A DNA stretch of 63,440 nucleotides, the filler included. It is 10 parts of 10 records of this genome, joined end to end, with 100 filler letters (N's around TTAATTAATTAA, not from the genome) between each part and the next. Parts side by side here need not be neighbours in the genome. Positions count along the whole stretch, not along the records: positions 43,874 to 47,529 come from SRR20825010_5764; positions 47,630 to 51,373 come from SRR20825010_5780; positions 51,474 to 55,307 come from SRR20825010_5784; 7 more parts are not named here. One strand, written 5' to 3'. The notes below the pieces were generated by a model that was not told where the DNA came from, ran no database searches, and worked only from the letters and a program-made list of their open reading frames with translations. Below are positions 44,616 through 54,492 of this stretch, one piece after another (position 1 is the stretch's first letter; every line of letters begins with the position of its first letter). A program made the position numbers and the translations under genes.

Positions 44616-45428
44616 TTAAATCTCGATTTCACCCTTGAGGTAATCAACACAAGTTCCGCGCAGGATCACACGCTCACCTGCATCCGTGCACCAGAGCGTG
44701 CCGCCACGGGCCGAAATCTGGCGGGCCACCAGATCACTTTTGCCAAGTTTCCTGGCCCAATAAGGAACCGATGTGCAATGCGCCGAACCGGTGACGGGGT
44801 CTTCGTCAATGCCGTGAGCAGGCGCGAACATGCGCGAGACAAAATCAAGCCCTGAGCCTTCATCGCCCGCCGCCATGCAGATGACACTGATGCCGCCATG
44901 GGCCGCGCAGAACTTCTTCAAAGCGCCCATATCGGGGGCGAGAGCGGCCACTTCTGCTGCTGTACCGAAGAGAAGCACCAGAAAATTGCCTTTCATGGTG
45001 ACGAGCGGCTTGCCCCCCAGAATCCCCGCCAGATGCTCTGGCTCCATGGTGGGGCGCAATTTATCAGCCGGAAAATCCATAGCGAGCTTGTCGCTGTCAC
45101 GCTTCACGGTGAGGCGTCCGCTCAGGGTCTCGAAATGGATTTCAGGCCTTGTATGACCAAGATGAGTGAAAAGCACATGCGCTGTGGCAAGCGTCGCGTG
45201 ACCGCAAAGCGGGACTTCAAGCGCGGGTGTGAACCAGCGCAGACGATAGACACCCTCCTCTTTCGGGCCTTCGGGCACCACAAAGGCGGTCTCGGCCAGA
45301 TTGTTCTCCGCCGCGATGGCCTGCATCACATCGTCGGGCAGAAAAGCATCCAGCGGCACGACAGCGGCTGGATTGCCCTCAAAGGCTTTTGAGGCAAAGG
45401 CATCGACCTGGAAGAGACGGGCTTTCAT
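44616..45428 (-). CDS. PhzF-family epimerase/isomerase
   Basis: QVDAF...[45 protein letters not shown]. Confidence 0.92.
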   Translation of the reverse strand: MKARLFQVDAFASKAFEGNPAAVVPLDAFLPDDVMQAIAAENNLAETAFVVPEGPKEEGVYRLRWFTPALEVPLCGHATLATAHVLFTHLGHTRPEIHFETLSGRLTVKRDSDKLAMDFPADKLRPTMEPEHLAGILGGKPLVTMKGNFLVLLFGTAAEVAALAPDMGALKKFCAAHGGISVICMAAGDEGSGLDFVSRMFAPAHGIDEDPVTGSAHCTSVPYWARKLGKSDLVARQISARGGTLWCTDAGERVILRGTCVDYLKGEIEI

Positions 45429-45439
45429 AGCGAACTCCT

Positions 45440-45560
45440 ATTGTATCGGTACAATGTCGAGAAAATCATCGAAAATGGTGTCTTTAACACCTGATTGTCT
45501 CGTTTTCGAATTTAGTGATGACGAAAAAGAATACAATCACTAGATTGTCACCATGACAAT
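45440..45560. promoter_or_regulatory. Array of ATTGT/ACAAT half-sites, probable MocR-type operators
   Basis: ATTGTA-tcgg-TACAAT (45440-45455), ATTGT (45494), ACAAT (45533), ATTGTCA-cca-TGACAAT (45544-45560) spanning the regulator start codon. Confidence 0.65.
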
Positions 45561-46971
45561 TCAACTTGCCGACCATATCAAAGCCTATACCGCCAAGGGC
45601 CCGCGCTATCGCGTGATTGCCGACGCAATCTCGGCAGCCATTCAGGATGGTATTTTGGCCTCCGGCGAAAAGCTGCCGCCAATGCGAACACTGGGCTGGG
45701 CGCTGGGTGTGACCACCGGCACAATCGCGCGGGCCTATGCGCTGGGTGTGACGCGCAAGGAACTGGCAAGCGAGGTCGGGCGCGGCACTTTCGTCAGCCA
45801 GCGCCAAGCACCGACACTAGCCATGCCTGCGCCGATTACAGCCCCTATGGAGAAGGAAGATCCTGCGGACGGCATGATCAGCCTCAAGGCCAACCTGCCC
45901 GCCAATATAGGCCAGTCACAATTATTGGCGGACGAAACTGCGAGACTGGTCAGCGAAGGCAGATCGGGCCTCTTCGACTATCTGCCTGCAGGTGGCACAA
46001 AAGCCCATCGCGAGGCGGGCGCTGAATGGCTCAGCACTGGCGCATTCACGCCCTCGCCTGGTGATATCATTCTGTGTTCGGGTGCCCAACAGGCGATCAT
46101 GGCCGCGATCCTTGCCGCAACAGATCCCGGCGATGTAATCCTGACCGAGAGTCTGACCTATCACGCCATCACATCGCTTGCGCTGATGCTGGACCGCCGC
46201 GTGATGCCGGTGGAAATAGATAATGACGGACTGGTGCCTGATGCATTAGCCCGCGCTTGTCGTGGCTCACGCGTGACAGCACTCTTCACCGTACCGACGC
46301 TGCATAACCCGACCACAACAAGTATGAGTGCCGGGCGCCGCCAAGCCGTTGCGGAAATGGCTGCGGCACAGCAACTCTCCATCATCGAAGATGATATCTA
46401 CGCCAATATGATGGCAGAGCGACCGCTGCCACTGAAACATCTGTTGCCGGAGAGAACCTATTACATCAACAGCCTGTCAAAGGCGGTCGCACCCGGATTG
46501 CGGCTCGGCTATCTGGTGCCACCCCGCGCCACATATGAACGCAGCCGCGCCATCATCCATGGGCTGGGACAAACGCTGCCGCCGCTCATGGCAGAGCTCG
46601 GTACACGCATCATTACAAATGGCGTGGCAGCTGCACTGACCGGCAAACAGAAAGTCGAAATCAGCGAACGCAACCGCATAGCAAATCGCGTATTGGGTGA
46701 CGCGCCGCGACGCCAGAATGCGGCGGCCATGCATGTCTGGCTGCAATTGCCCGATAGCTGGCGCGCCACAAGCTTTGTGGAGGCAGCGAGACATCGCGGT
46801 GTGCTGATTGCGGCGGGCGAAGAATTCATGGTCGGGCGCCCCGATCAGGCATCGCGCCATGTGCGACTCTGCCTCGGCGCGGCAAGCGACTGCACCAGAA
46901 TGGAACAAGGCTTGGCAATTCTCGCGCAATTGATGGAGGAAGCACCCATCGAAATGCAAACGCTGGCGTGA
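45553..46971 (+). CDS. MocR/GabR-subfamily GntR regulator with PLP-dependent aminotransferase domain
   Basis: N-terminal GEKLPPMR.L...LGV..GTI.RAY wHTH; PTLHNPT, IIEDDIY, SLSK..APGLRLGY. Confidence 0.93.
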   Translation: MTIQLADHIKAYTAKGPRYRVIADAISAAIQDGILASGEKLPPMRTLGWALGVTTGTIARAYALGVTRKELASEVGRGTFVSQRQAPTLAMPAPITAPMEKEDPADGMISLKANLPANIGQSQLLADETARLVSEGRSGLFDYLPAGGTKAHREAGAEWLSTGAFTPSPGDIILCSGAQQAIMAAILAATDPGDVILTESLTYHAITSLALMLDRRVMPVEIDNDGLVPDALARACRGSRVTALFTVPTLHNPTTTSMSAGRRQAVAEMAAAQQLSIIEDDIYANMMAERPLPLKHLLPERTYYINSLSKAVAPGLRLGYLVPPRATYERSRAIIHGLGQTLPPLMAELGTRIITNGVAAALTGKQKVEISERNRIANRVLGDAPRRQNAAAMHVWLQLPDSWRATSFVEAARHRGVLIAAGEEFMVGRPDQASRHVRLCLGAASDCTRMEQGLAILAQLMEEAPIEMQTLA

Positions 46972-47150
46972 GGCAAAGCCGACACAATACAATTGAGTCA
47001 ACGGCCCTGACCTATCCTATCCGGTGATGGACGATGCTCGATTGATTTGATCGCTGTGCCAGAGGCACTCTTTCACTGCGGACCAGATTTCTGCAAAGAA
47101 CGATTCGGAAATCCGAAATCTTGATGTTAGAGTTTTCCACAGGAGGACTT

Positions 47151-47529
47151 ATGGCATCTATCTCGCCACCGAAAAAACGAGTCTTTGTACGCCCTGCCTG
47201 GCAGGACGAAGGCTCGGTGCTGACGAAACTCGCTATGGAATCCAAAGCCCATTGGGGCTACGACAAAGCCTTCATGGAAAAGTGCCGCGCCGAACTGACG
47301 ATGACAGAACAACGTATCGGGCGCGAACGTGTGCGCGTGGCGGAAGTGAATGGCAAGGTCGCCGGATTTGCCACACTGCATGTGCATGTGGGCAAGGCAG
47401 AGCTGGGAGACCTGTTTGTGCATCCCCGCTTCATCGCCACAGGTGTCGGACAATTTCTCGTCAATGATTTACTGATGTATGTCTGCCGCCACGGCATTCC
47501 TATGGTGCTTGTGGAAGCCGATCCTAATG
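47151..47529 (+). CDS. GNAT-family N-acetyltransferase, 3' truncated
   Basis: SKAHWGYD..FM, LFVHP...GVG, EADPN; AGGAGG RBS before ATG 47151. Confidence 0.85.
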
Positions 47530-47629
47530 NNNNNNNNNNNNNNNNNNNNNNNNNNNNNNNNNNNNNNNNNNNNTTAATTAATTAANNNNNNNNNNNNNNN
47601 NNNNNNNNNNNNNNNNNNNNNNNNNNNNN
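47530..47629. other. Artificial contig spacer
   Basis: 44 N + TTAATTAATTAA + 44 N. Confidence 0.98.
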
Positions 47630-48478
47630 ACCTGTTTCCGATACTCCCTCCAGAGGGGCGTCCGCCCATGCTGCGAGGTCCCGCACCGACGGAACATCAA
47701 CTGTTGTCGTGCCGCCGAGGTTCAGAGGTTGAGTGCTTTTTACCAGGCCGTCAAAATTGAGATTGATGTTCTTGGATGCGACATTAACTGTCGTCGTTGT
47801 CTCGATATTTTCAAGAATGCTGCGAAGGGCGCCCACATTGACGTCAAGTTCGACCTCCTCGTTATTCCAGACGGCGCTGCCCTTTGCATCGAACGGCTGA
47901 TCTAGACCAAGCAGTACAAGTTCGAGATTGATGTCGCTGAGATTGATATTTGTTCCGCCCTTCTGATCGACGAAATTGACCACTCCGTCAACGATGCGTA
48001 CATCACCGAGGTTCAGGTCCGATATGCCAAGATCCGTCGCCCCGCTATCCGAGCTTGCGGCTTCCGTTTCTTTGGGGGGCTCTGCTTTGGCGGTATCGAA
48101 CTCCCAGTTTGCCTTGCCGCTTTCATCGACTTCAAGGTTGATGACTGGCTTGGTCAGGACGAATTCATCGACCTGCACCTTACCGGTTATCAGGGGCAAA
48201 AGGCTGAGCTTGACAGTGAGGCTGTCGATCGCGGCCATGCTGGGATTCTGGGCGCCTTCCGCGTTCGAGAATGTCACGGAATTTGCGGTCACCCCGAGAG
48301 TCGGGAAAACGGAGAGGCTGAAATCGCCGTCAATTGCCAGTTCTCGCCCCGTGGCGTCATTGGTTGCCTGGATCAGTTCCTGTTTGATCCGGTCCGTTGG
48401 CACAATGAAGGGCAGAGCTACCGCCAGGCCGACGATAACCACCAAAACCACAATAATTGCGATGACGATTTTTTTCAT
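47630..48478 (-). CDS. AsmA-family protein, 3' truncated
   Basis: N-terminal TM anchor, TGREL.IDG..LS.FP, LLPL..G.V.V....L..P.I.L....G..NW. Confidence 0.87.
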
Positions 48479-48616
48479 GATCCACTCTCTGTTAGTTTCG
48501 CGATCTCTTCTGATAATGGCATAAAAGACGACCCGGGTCATGACCCTTTGGAAAATTGGTCATACTTTTGCCGTGAATTACGATAGACTCGACTTCACTT
48601 TTCTAACCTGGGGCGT

Positions 48617-49318
48617 GTGAGCAAAATTGCAATGAAATGGCTATCCCTGATCGCAATACTGATATTCGTTCTGACCCCGAAAGCGGACGTTTCTGCCGAT
48701 GAAGTGGACATGCAACTCGTTCTCGCCATCGATGTTTCGTCCAGTGTAAATTATGACGAGTATAACCTTCAGATGCGCGGCTTTGCGGCGGCATTTCGTA
48801 GTGACCTTGTGATCGAGGCAATCGCGGCAGGCCCAAGAGGGCAGATCAGCATCGCGGCTACCCACTGGGCCGGCCTCGGCGAGCAACGAATGATTCTCGA
48901 TTGGCGCGTCATTGCGGGGGCAGAGGCTGCTCATGAATTTGCGAACCAGCTCGATAATGTGTCACGGACCTTTCCATATGGCGGGACGGCCATAGCCGGG
49001 GCGTTGGATCATGCCTTCTCCCTTTTTTCGCATGATCGGAATATTTCTCTGCGCAGGGTGATTGATATTTCAGGAGACGGTGTGGTTTCCATCGGGCGCC
49101 CGCCTGAGGCGGCGCGGGACCGGATTGTCGCATCCGGGGTTATCATCAACGGCCTGCCGATCCTCAACGATGAGCCGGAGCTCGACAGCTATTACCGGGA
49201 AAGAGTGATCGGCGGGATCGGGGCCTTTACCGAGCCAGCACAAGGATATCAGGATTTCGCCCGCGCCATTTCCGAAAAGCTGGCGCGGGAAATCCGGGGA
49301 ACCTGGCAAGGTGTCTAG
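48617..49318 (+). CDS. DUF1194 (vWA-like) exported protein
   Basis: Signal peptide, LVLAIDVSSSV MIDAS-like motif, RRVIDISGDG, INGLPI, YY...VIGG.GAF. Confidence 0.85.
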   Translation: MSKIAMKWLSLIAILIFVLTPKADVSADEVDMQLVLAIDVSSSVNYDEYNLQMRGFAAAFRSDLVIEAIAAGPRGQISIAATHWAGLGEQRMILDWRVIAGAEAAHEFANQLDNVSRTFPYGGTAIAGALDHAFSLFSHDRNISLRRVIDISGDGVVSIGRPPEAARDRIVASGVIINGLPILNDEPELDSYYRERVIGGIGAFTEPAQGYQDFARAISEKLAREIRGTWQGV

Positions 49319-49333
49319 GATGTGACCTGCCCG

Positions 49334-49948
49334 TCAGACGACCGGCCGGTCCATGGAGAAGATATCTTCGACATGGCAGTAATCCATATATCCAAGGCGC
49401 GCGAGCGGCTGGTATTTCTTCATGTCAATCATGCCATCGACGATGATTTCATCGCTGATATGGATACCGACGACTTCCCCCAGAACCATGCTATTCACTA
49501 CCTTCGGGTTATGAGAAGGCAAGATAATCGTTTTATGGTGGATACATTCCAAATGAGCGAAGCTTTCCTTGACGCGAGGCGGCTTGACGAGGGCGGACGG
49601 TTCCTTGGTCAGTCCGGCATAATCAAATTCGTCAACGGAACGCGGCAGCATGGCCGAACTTAAATTCATCTGTTCCCGAAGATTATAGGAAACCATGTTG
49701 CAGACGAATTCCTTCGTTGCCTCGATGTTATCAAGTGAATCCTTCGCACCGCCTTCGCTGTGGGTGCCATTGATTCCCATCGCGACAATCGGTGGATTTT
49801 CGGCCATTGCATTGAAAAAGCTGAAGGGTGCTAGATTGACAGTGCCGTCAGTGGCAAGGGTGCTGATCCAGCCTATCGGGCGCGGGGCGACAATGGCCTT
49901 GAAGGGGCCGTGCTTAAGGCCATGGGGTTCGGATGGTTTGTAAAACAT
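49334..49948 (-). CDS. Flavin reductase-like FMN-binding protein
   Basis: PFKAIVAPRPIGWIST, NLAPFSFFN, KDS..NI..T.EFV.N, ARLGYMDY. Confidence 0.9.
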   Translation of the reverse strand: MFYKPSEPHGLKHGPFKAIVAPRPIGWISTLATDGTVNLAPFSFFNAMAENPPIVAMGINGTHSEGGAKDSLDNIEATKEFVCNMVSYNLREQMNLSSAMLPRSVDEFDYAGLTKEPSALVKPPRVKESFAHLECIHHKTIILPSHNPKVVNSMVLGEVVGIHISDEIIVDGMIDMKKYQPLARLGYMDYCHVEDIFSMDRPVV

Positions 49949-50084
49949 TCGGAAATTCTCCGGCAAAATACGTGGGTTGCGCGCCCGTTCTTTTATTGAA
50001 GTTAAAAACTAATCCTTGAATTTAGCGCAGGCAAGGCATGATTTATTTCTTTCCTTGGAACACTGCCTGTGATATTTGCGCTTC

Positions 50085-50150
50085 ATGAGCAAACAGATGA
50101 CCAAACTTCGACGACGACAGGCTGCTGCCCTTACTTGTGCTGCCGCTTAA
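50085..50150 (+). CDS. Putative 21-aa leader peptide MSKQMTKLRRRQAAALTCAAA
   Basis: Short ORF 95 nt upstream of the GNAT gene, three consecutive CGA codons, followed by mutually exclusive stems. Confidence 0.5.
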   Translation: MSKQMTKLRRRQAAALTCAAA

Positions 50151-50165
50151 ACTGCCTGTGCGTTA

Positions 50166-50248
50166 GTCATCATATATTTCATGACGGATCGGGAACTTTT
50201 TTAAGAGGCATTGTTGTCTAGCCCGTTAGAAATTGGAATTCCGTCATG
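50166..50248 (+). promoter_or_regulatory. Putative translational attenuator stems
   Basis: CATGACGGA (50180-50188) is the exact complement of TCCGTCATG (50240-50248, includes the GNAT ATG); alternative GTCAT (50166-50170)/ATGAC (50181-50185) hairpin. Confidence 0.5.
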
Positions 50249-50830
50249 CCTCAGATTATTCACGAGCGGCCCGAACATGCGGCCTTGATTGAGCCTTTGC
50301 TTGATCGTTGTTTCGGTCCGGACAGATTCAATAAGACTGCCTATAAAGTGCGCGAGAACATTACACCCCTGCCTGAATTGAGCTTTGTCACGGTAGAGGG
50401 AGACACCCTCCTGGCGACTATTCGTTACTGGCCGGTCATGATTGGCGGAAAAACCCCGGCCTTGCTTCTTGGGCCAATCGCGGTCGAGCCGGAGTTGCAG
50501 GGCAAGGGGATCGGGGTCGCCCTCATGCGGGAAACTATCAAGGCAGCAACAGAACAAGGTCATCAGTTGATTGTTCTTGTCGGAGACCCGGAATACTATG
50601 GTCAGTTCGGGTTTCAGAATGCAGCTGTTCTCGGCTTTGAAATGCCGGGCCCGGTTGAGAAGCACAGGCTTCTCGTGAAGGAATGCACGCCGGGTACGCT
50701 GGAGAATGTTTCCGGGATTATTGCCGGCGTAGCGGATATATCTTCATTTCCGGGCCGGACTGCTTTTGAGACGGAAACTGATGAAATGATGGCTCGGTTA
50801 GCGGCCTTCGCGCCACCAACCGATGCATAA
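50246..50830 (+). CDS. GNAT-family N-acetyltransferase (YhbS-like)
   Basis: FGPDRF.KTAY.VRE, LLLGPIAV.P..QGKGIG..L, LVGDPEYY..FGF. Confidence 0.9.
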   Translation: MPQIIHERPEHAALIEPLLDRCFGPDRFNKTAYKVRENITPLPELSFVTVEGDTLLATIRYWPVMIGGKTPALLLGPIAVEPELQGKGIGVALMRETIKAATEQGHQLIVLVGDPEYYGQFGFQNAAVLGFEMPGPVEKHRLLVKECTPGTLENVSGIIAGVADISSFPGRTAFETETDEMMARLAAFAPPTDA

Positions 50831-51373
50831 GAAGGCAAGGGCGAGGATGAGGGCGATAAGCGGCGATAGCATGGCTTGCCGATTATAGCCGGTAATCTCG
50901 TAATTCTCGTTGGCGCGCAGGCCGAACCAGTAGTCCGCAGACTGACGGTTATCCGGCTTCGTCCGCCTGAAGTCCGGAAGGCCGTCCGTTTTCAGCCAGC
51001 GAATGCCACCGCCAGTCGCTTTCGCAATATCCGCAATTTTGTCCGTGCTTGCGCGGATGTCATGGAGTTCCTTCGGATTGAGCGCGCCAACAGCAACTAG
51101 AGATTTTTGCTGACCGTCTTCCAGAATATGCAGGCCGCTGGTCTGAAGCGGAATATTTCCCGTTTGCATCCCGTTTTCCGCTTCGGAAAGAGAAAGTTGT
51201 GTCACGTTTCCGTCGGGGTCTGTCACCGTGACAGTCGCCGGCGCCGTGTCGAGGGAGCGCCGCTGGATATTGAGCATGTTCCCGGCGACAACGGCTTTCA
51301 GTTGTTCCTCTTCAAGTTCCGGTTCTTTCATCAGCCAGTGAGAAACACGCCGGAGAAGCTCAGATTGCGGGCC
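50798..51373 (-). CDS. C-terminal fragment of a conserved alphaproteobacterial membrane protein (class I glutamine amidotransferase-like domain family)
   Basis: Frame open to the gap: GPQSELLRRVSHWLMKEPELEEE...ATGGG...TM helix-WWREGR terminus. Confidence 0.7.
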   Translation of the reverse strand, partial: GPQSELLRRVSHWLMKEPELEEEQLKAVVAGNMLNIQRRSLDTAPATVTVTDPDGNVTQLSLSEAENGMQTGNIPLQTSGLHILEDGQQKSLVAVGALNPKELHDIRASTDKIADIAKATGGGIRWLKTDGLPDFRRTKPDNRQSADYWFGLRANENYEITGYNRQAMLSPLIALILALAFLCIGWWREGR

Positions 51374-51473
51374 NNNNNNNNNNNNNNNNNNNNNNNNNNN
51401 NNNNNNNNNNNNNNNNNTTAATTAATTAANNNNNNNNNNNNNNNNNNNNNNNNNNNNNNNNNNNNNNNNNNNN
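51374..51473. other. Artificial contig spacer
   Basis: 44 N + TTAATTAATTAA + 44 N. Confidence 0.98.
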
Positions 51474-51474
51474 G

Positions 51475-51752
51475 AGCTCAACCGTGCATTTCCCGGCAAA
51501 CAGGGCGCAAAGGTGAGGATCGAGACGACGGCGGGCGCGGTGATCGAGGAAGCGCTGGGTGATATCCGCTCCGCATCGCCCGGCCTGGTGCGCGCGCGGC
51601 TTGCGAAGGTTGCCGAAGAACGGTTGGGCGCTGGCCGGGCGAGCGATCTCGACCGGGCGGTCGATCACCTTGCTAAAGGCGGCAATGATACCGCAAGTCT
51701 CGCCGCGCTGGCAGGGCTTGCCGCCGCAGAAGTCGGGGAGCGCGTTTCGTGA
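51475..51752 (+). CDS. C-terminal fragment, possibly MmgE/PrpD-family protein
   Basis: Frame open from the gap (ELNRAFPGKQGAKVRIETTAG...); stop overlaps the next gene start (GTGA); family call rests on the FP....A.V.I.T..G pattern only. Confidence 0.45.
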
Positions 51753-52714
51753 CGGATTTTCAGTTCTTCATCGAGAATGTCCTGCAGCTTCTGATCACCG
51801 GCGTATCGCTTGGCGCGATCTACGGGCTGATGTGCGTCGGTCTCGCGATGATCTTCGGGATCATGCGGGTGATCAACTTCGCCCAGGGCGATTTCATGAT
51901 GGTCGGCATGTATGCCGCCTATTTCGTGTTCACCGCGCTCGGCTTTCAGGCTCTGTTCGGAAGCGGGCTCGGCCCCTATGTTTCCGTGCTGGCGGCAGCG
52001 CCGGCGATGTACGCCTTCGGCTGGCTGATCCATCGCTTCCTGATCCGCCGGGTCACCGGCCGGCAGTCGATAGAGATGGAGGGCGATGGCCATTATGCCC
52101 AGCTCATCCTGACGCTCGGCATCGCGCTGATCCTTCAAAATGGCGCGATGATCCTCGTCGGCGCCGATCTGGTCTCGATCCGCACGCCGCTTTCGAGTGA
52201 AGCCTGGGTGCTCGAGCCGTTCGGCGAGAGCATGCCCGTCATGCTGTTCTTCAACAAATCCCGTATCTTCGCGATGCTGGTCTCCAGCGCGGTCATCATC
52301 GCCCTGTGGCTGCTCATCCAGCGGAGCTTCCTTGGAAAGTCGCTGAGGGCTGCCGCCGATAACGCGGAAGCCGCGACCTATATGGGCATCGATGTCGACC
52401 GGGCGCACCGGATCGCATTCGCGATCGGCACGGCGGTCACGGCTATTGCCGGCGGGCTTCTTGCCACCAGCTATCCCTTCAGCCCGTTCGTCGGTCTGGA
52501 ATATGTGATCATCATGTATGCGGGCGTAGTTCTGGGCGGAATTGGCAGCATTATTGGGGCGTTCTGGGGCGGGATGATCATCGGCCTCGTCCAGCAGTTC
52601 TCGACGCTGGTCCTGCCGACACAGCTTCAGAACGCGACCATCTTCGTGTGCTTCCTGCTCGTCGTGATGCTCCGGCCGCAGGGTCTGTTCGGGCGCAATG
52701 TGGAACGGACATGA
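51749..52714 (+). CDS. livH: Branched-chain amino acid-type ABC transporter permease (LivH-like)
   Basis: G...GAIYGL..VGL..IFG.MRVINFAQG, G..LRA.A.N...A..MGI, VVLGGIGS. Confidence 0.88.
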   Translation: MTDFQFFIENVLQLLITGVSLGAIYGLMCVGLAMIFGIMRVINFAQGDFMMVGMYAAYFVFTALGFQALFGSGLGPYVSVLAAAPAMYAFGWLIHRFLIRRVTGRQSIEMEGDGHYAQLILTLGIALILQNGAMILVGADLVSIRTPLSSEAWVLEPFGESMPVMLFFNKSRIFAMLVSSAVIIALWLLIQRSFLGKSLRAAADNAEAATYMGIDVDRAHRIAFAIGTAVTAIAGGLLATSYPFSPFVGLEYVIIMYAGVVLGGIGSIIGAFWGGMIIGLVQQFSTLVLPTQLQNATIFVCFLLVVMLRPQGLFGRNVERT

Positions 52715-54492
52715 TGAAAAATCCACGCAACAGATCACTCGTATATTTCATCGTTCCTGCGCTCGGCTATCTGGCGCTGGCGGCGTTCGTCACCAATTCC
52801 TATTACCAGCTCATGCTGACGCTCATCCTGATCTGGGCGGTCTTCGGGCTGAGCTGGAATATCCTGAGCGGCTATACCGGGCTGATATCCTTCGGCCACG
52901 CCGCCTTCTTCGGCGCCGGCGCTTTCGCCACGGTGCTGGCGCAGATCTACTGGTCGCTGTCGCCCTGGGTCATGTTCTTCGGCTCCGGCCTGATCGGCGC
53001 GGCGCTGGGGCTTGCGATCGGCTTTCCGACATTTCGCCTGCGCGGCCACTACTTCGCGCTCAGCATGCTCGCCTATCCGCTGGCGTTCATGTACGTCTTC
53101 CTGTGGCTCGGTTTTCCCGAGGTCAGCGTTCCGCGCGTCCATGACAATCCGGCCGCCTACATGCAGTTTTCCGACGGGCGGGTCTATACGCTGATCGCGA
53201 TGGCGTTTCTGATCGTCGTGGTGCTGTTGTCGCGCAAGATCGAATTGTCCCGCTTCGGCATGGCGCTTATCGCGATCAAGCAGAACGAGGCGGCCGCCGA
53301 GGCCGCGGGGATCGACTCGCTGCGCTGGAAACTAAGGGCGATCGCCGTCAGCGGCGCGATCGCCGCGATGGCGGGCTCGCTCTATTCCGTGGTCATTCTG
53401 GTGATCACGCCGCAATCGGTGTTCGGCATGCTGGTTTCCGCGCAGGCTTTGACGGTGGCCATGTTCGGCGGGATCGGCACGTTCTGGGGGCCGATCATCG
53501 GCGCCGGCTTTCTCATTCCGATCGCGGAAATACTGCATGCCGAGCTCGGCAGCATTCTTCCCGGCATCCAGGGCGTGGTTTACGGCGTCGCGATTGTGGT
53601 GCTGATCACGCTCGCGCCGGAAGGTATTTTCTGGAAGGTGCGCGACTGGATGGGTTCGGCCCGCAAGAAGGATGACATCGAGATCCATCCGGCAACGCAA
53701 CCTTTGGAGGAGGTCGTCGTCGAACCGAGGGCATTCGCTCCGGCCGCCGACGGCTCGGACATCGTGCTCGACGTGCGCAACATGTCCAAGAATTTCGGCG
53801 GGCTGAAGGCGGTTCAGGATGTCAGCTTCCAGGTGCGCCGTGGCATGATCCTCGGGATCATCGGCCCGAACGGCGCCGGCAAGACCACGCTATTCAACCT
53901 GCTGAACGGGTTCCAGACACCCACGACCGGCGAAGTCTTCGTCAATGGCAAGGACATGGCGCGCTGCAAACCGCATGTCCTGTGCCGGGCGGGTGTCGGC
54001 CGCACGTTTCAGATCATGCGTCCGTTTACCCGGATGAGCGTGCGCGACAATGTCCGCATCGGCGCCTATGTGCAGGCACGCACCGAGGCCGAAGCCGAGG
54101 AGGTGGCCGACGATGCCCTGCGTCAGGTCGGGTTGTCGGCGATCTCCACGCGCCTTGCCGGCGAACTCACCACCAAGGAACTGCGCCTGATGGAACTGGC
54201 GCGGGCGCTTGCCGGCAAACCCCACACCCTGCTTCTCGACGAGACGCTTGCCGGCCTCGGCCGCGATGAGGCAGCGGAGGTCGTGGCGGTGATCCGGCGA
54301 CTGTCGGCCAGCGGCATGACGGTGGCGATCATCGAGCACACGATGCAGGCCATGGTGCAACTGGTCGACCGCTTCCTGGTGCTCGACCACGGCCAGGTCA
54401 TCACGGAGGGGCCTCCTTCGGAGGTCACCAAAAACCCCCACGTCATCGAGGCCTATCTGGGCAAGAAGTGGAGCGCCAATGTTGACGATTGA
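52711..54492 (+). CDS. Fused ABC permease/ATPase (LivM-LivG-like)
   Basis: WNILSGYTGLISFGHAAFFG permease half followed by GIIGPNGAGKTTLFN, LLLDE, VIEAYLG. Confidence 0.9.
   Translation: MMKNPRNRSLVYFIVPALGYLALAAFVTNSYYQLMLTLILIWAVFGLSWNILSGYTGLISFGHAAFFGAGAFATVLAQIYWSLSPWVMFFGSGLIGAALGLAIGFPTFRLRGHYFALSMLAYPLAFMYVFLWLGFPEVSVPRVHDNPAAYMQFSDGRVYTLIAMAFLIVVVLLSRKIELSRFGMALIAIKQNEAAAEAAGIDSLRWKLRAIAVSGAIAAMAGSLYSVVILVITPQSVFGMLVSAQALTVAMFGGIGTFWGPIIGAGFLIPIAEILHAELGSILPGIQGVVYGVAIVVLITLAPEGIFWKVRDWMGSARKKDDIEIHPATQPLEEVVVEPRAFAPAADGSDIVLDVRNMSKNFGGLKAVQDVSFQVRRGMILGIIGPNGAGKTTLFNLLNGFQTPTTGEVFVNGKDMARCKPHVLCRAGVGRTFQIMRPFTRMSVRDNVRIGAYVQARTEAEAEEVADDALRQVGLSAISTRLAGELTTKELRLMELARALAGKPHTLLLDETLAGLGRDEAAEVVAVIRRLSASGMTVAIIEHTMQAMVQLVDRFLVLDHGQVITEGPPSEVTKNPHVIEAYLGKKWSANVDD

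Noticed and set aside
52711-54492. Permease-ATPase fusion as a novelty
   Set aside because: LivM-LivG fusions are common in this transporter family.
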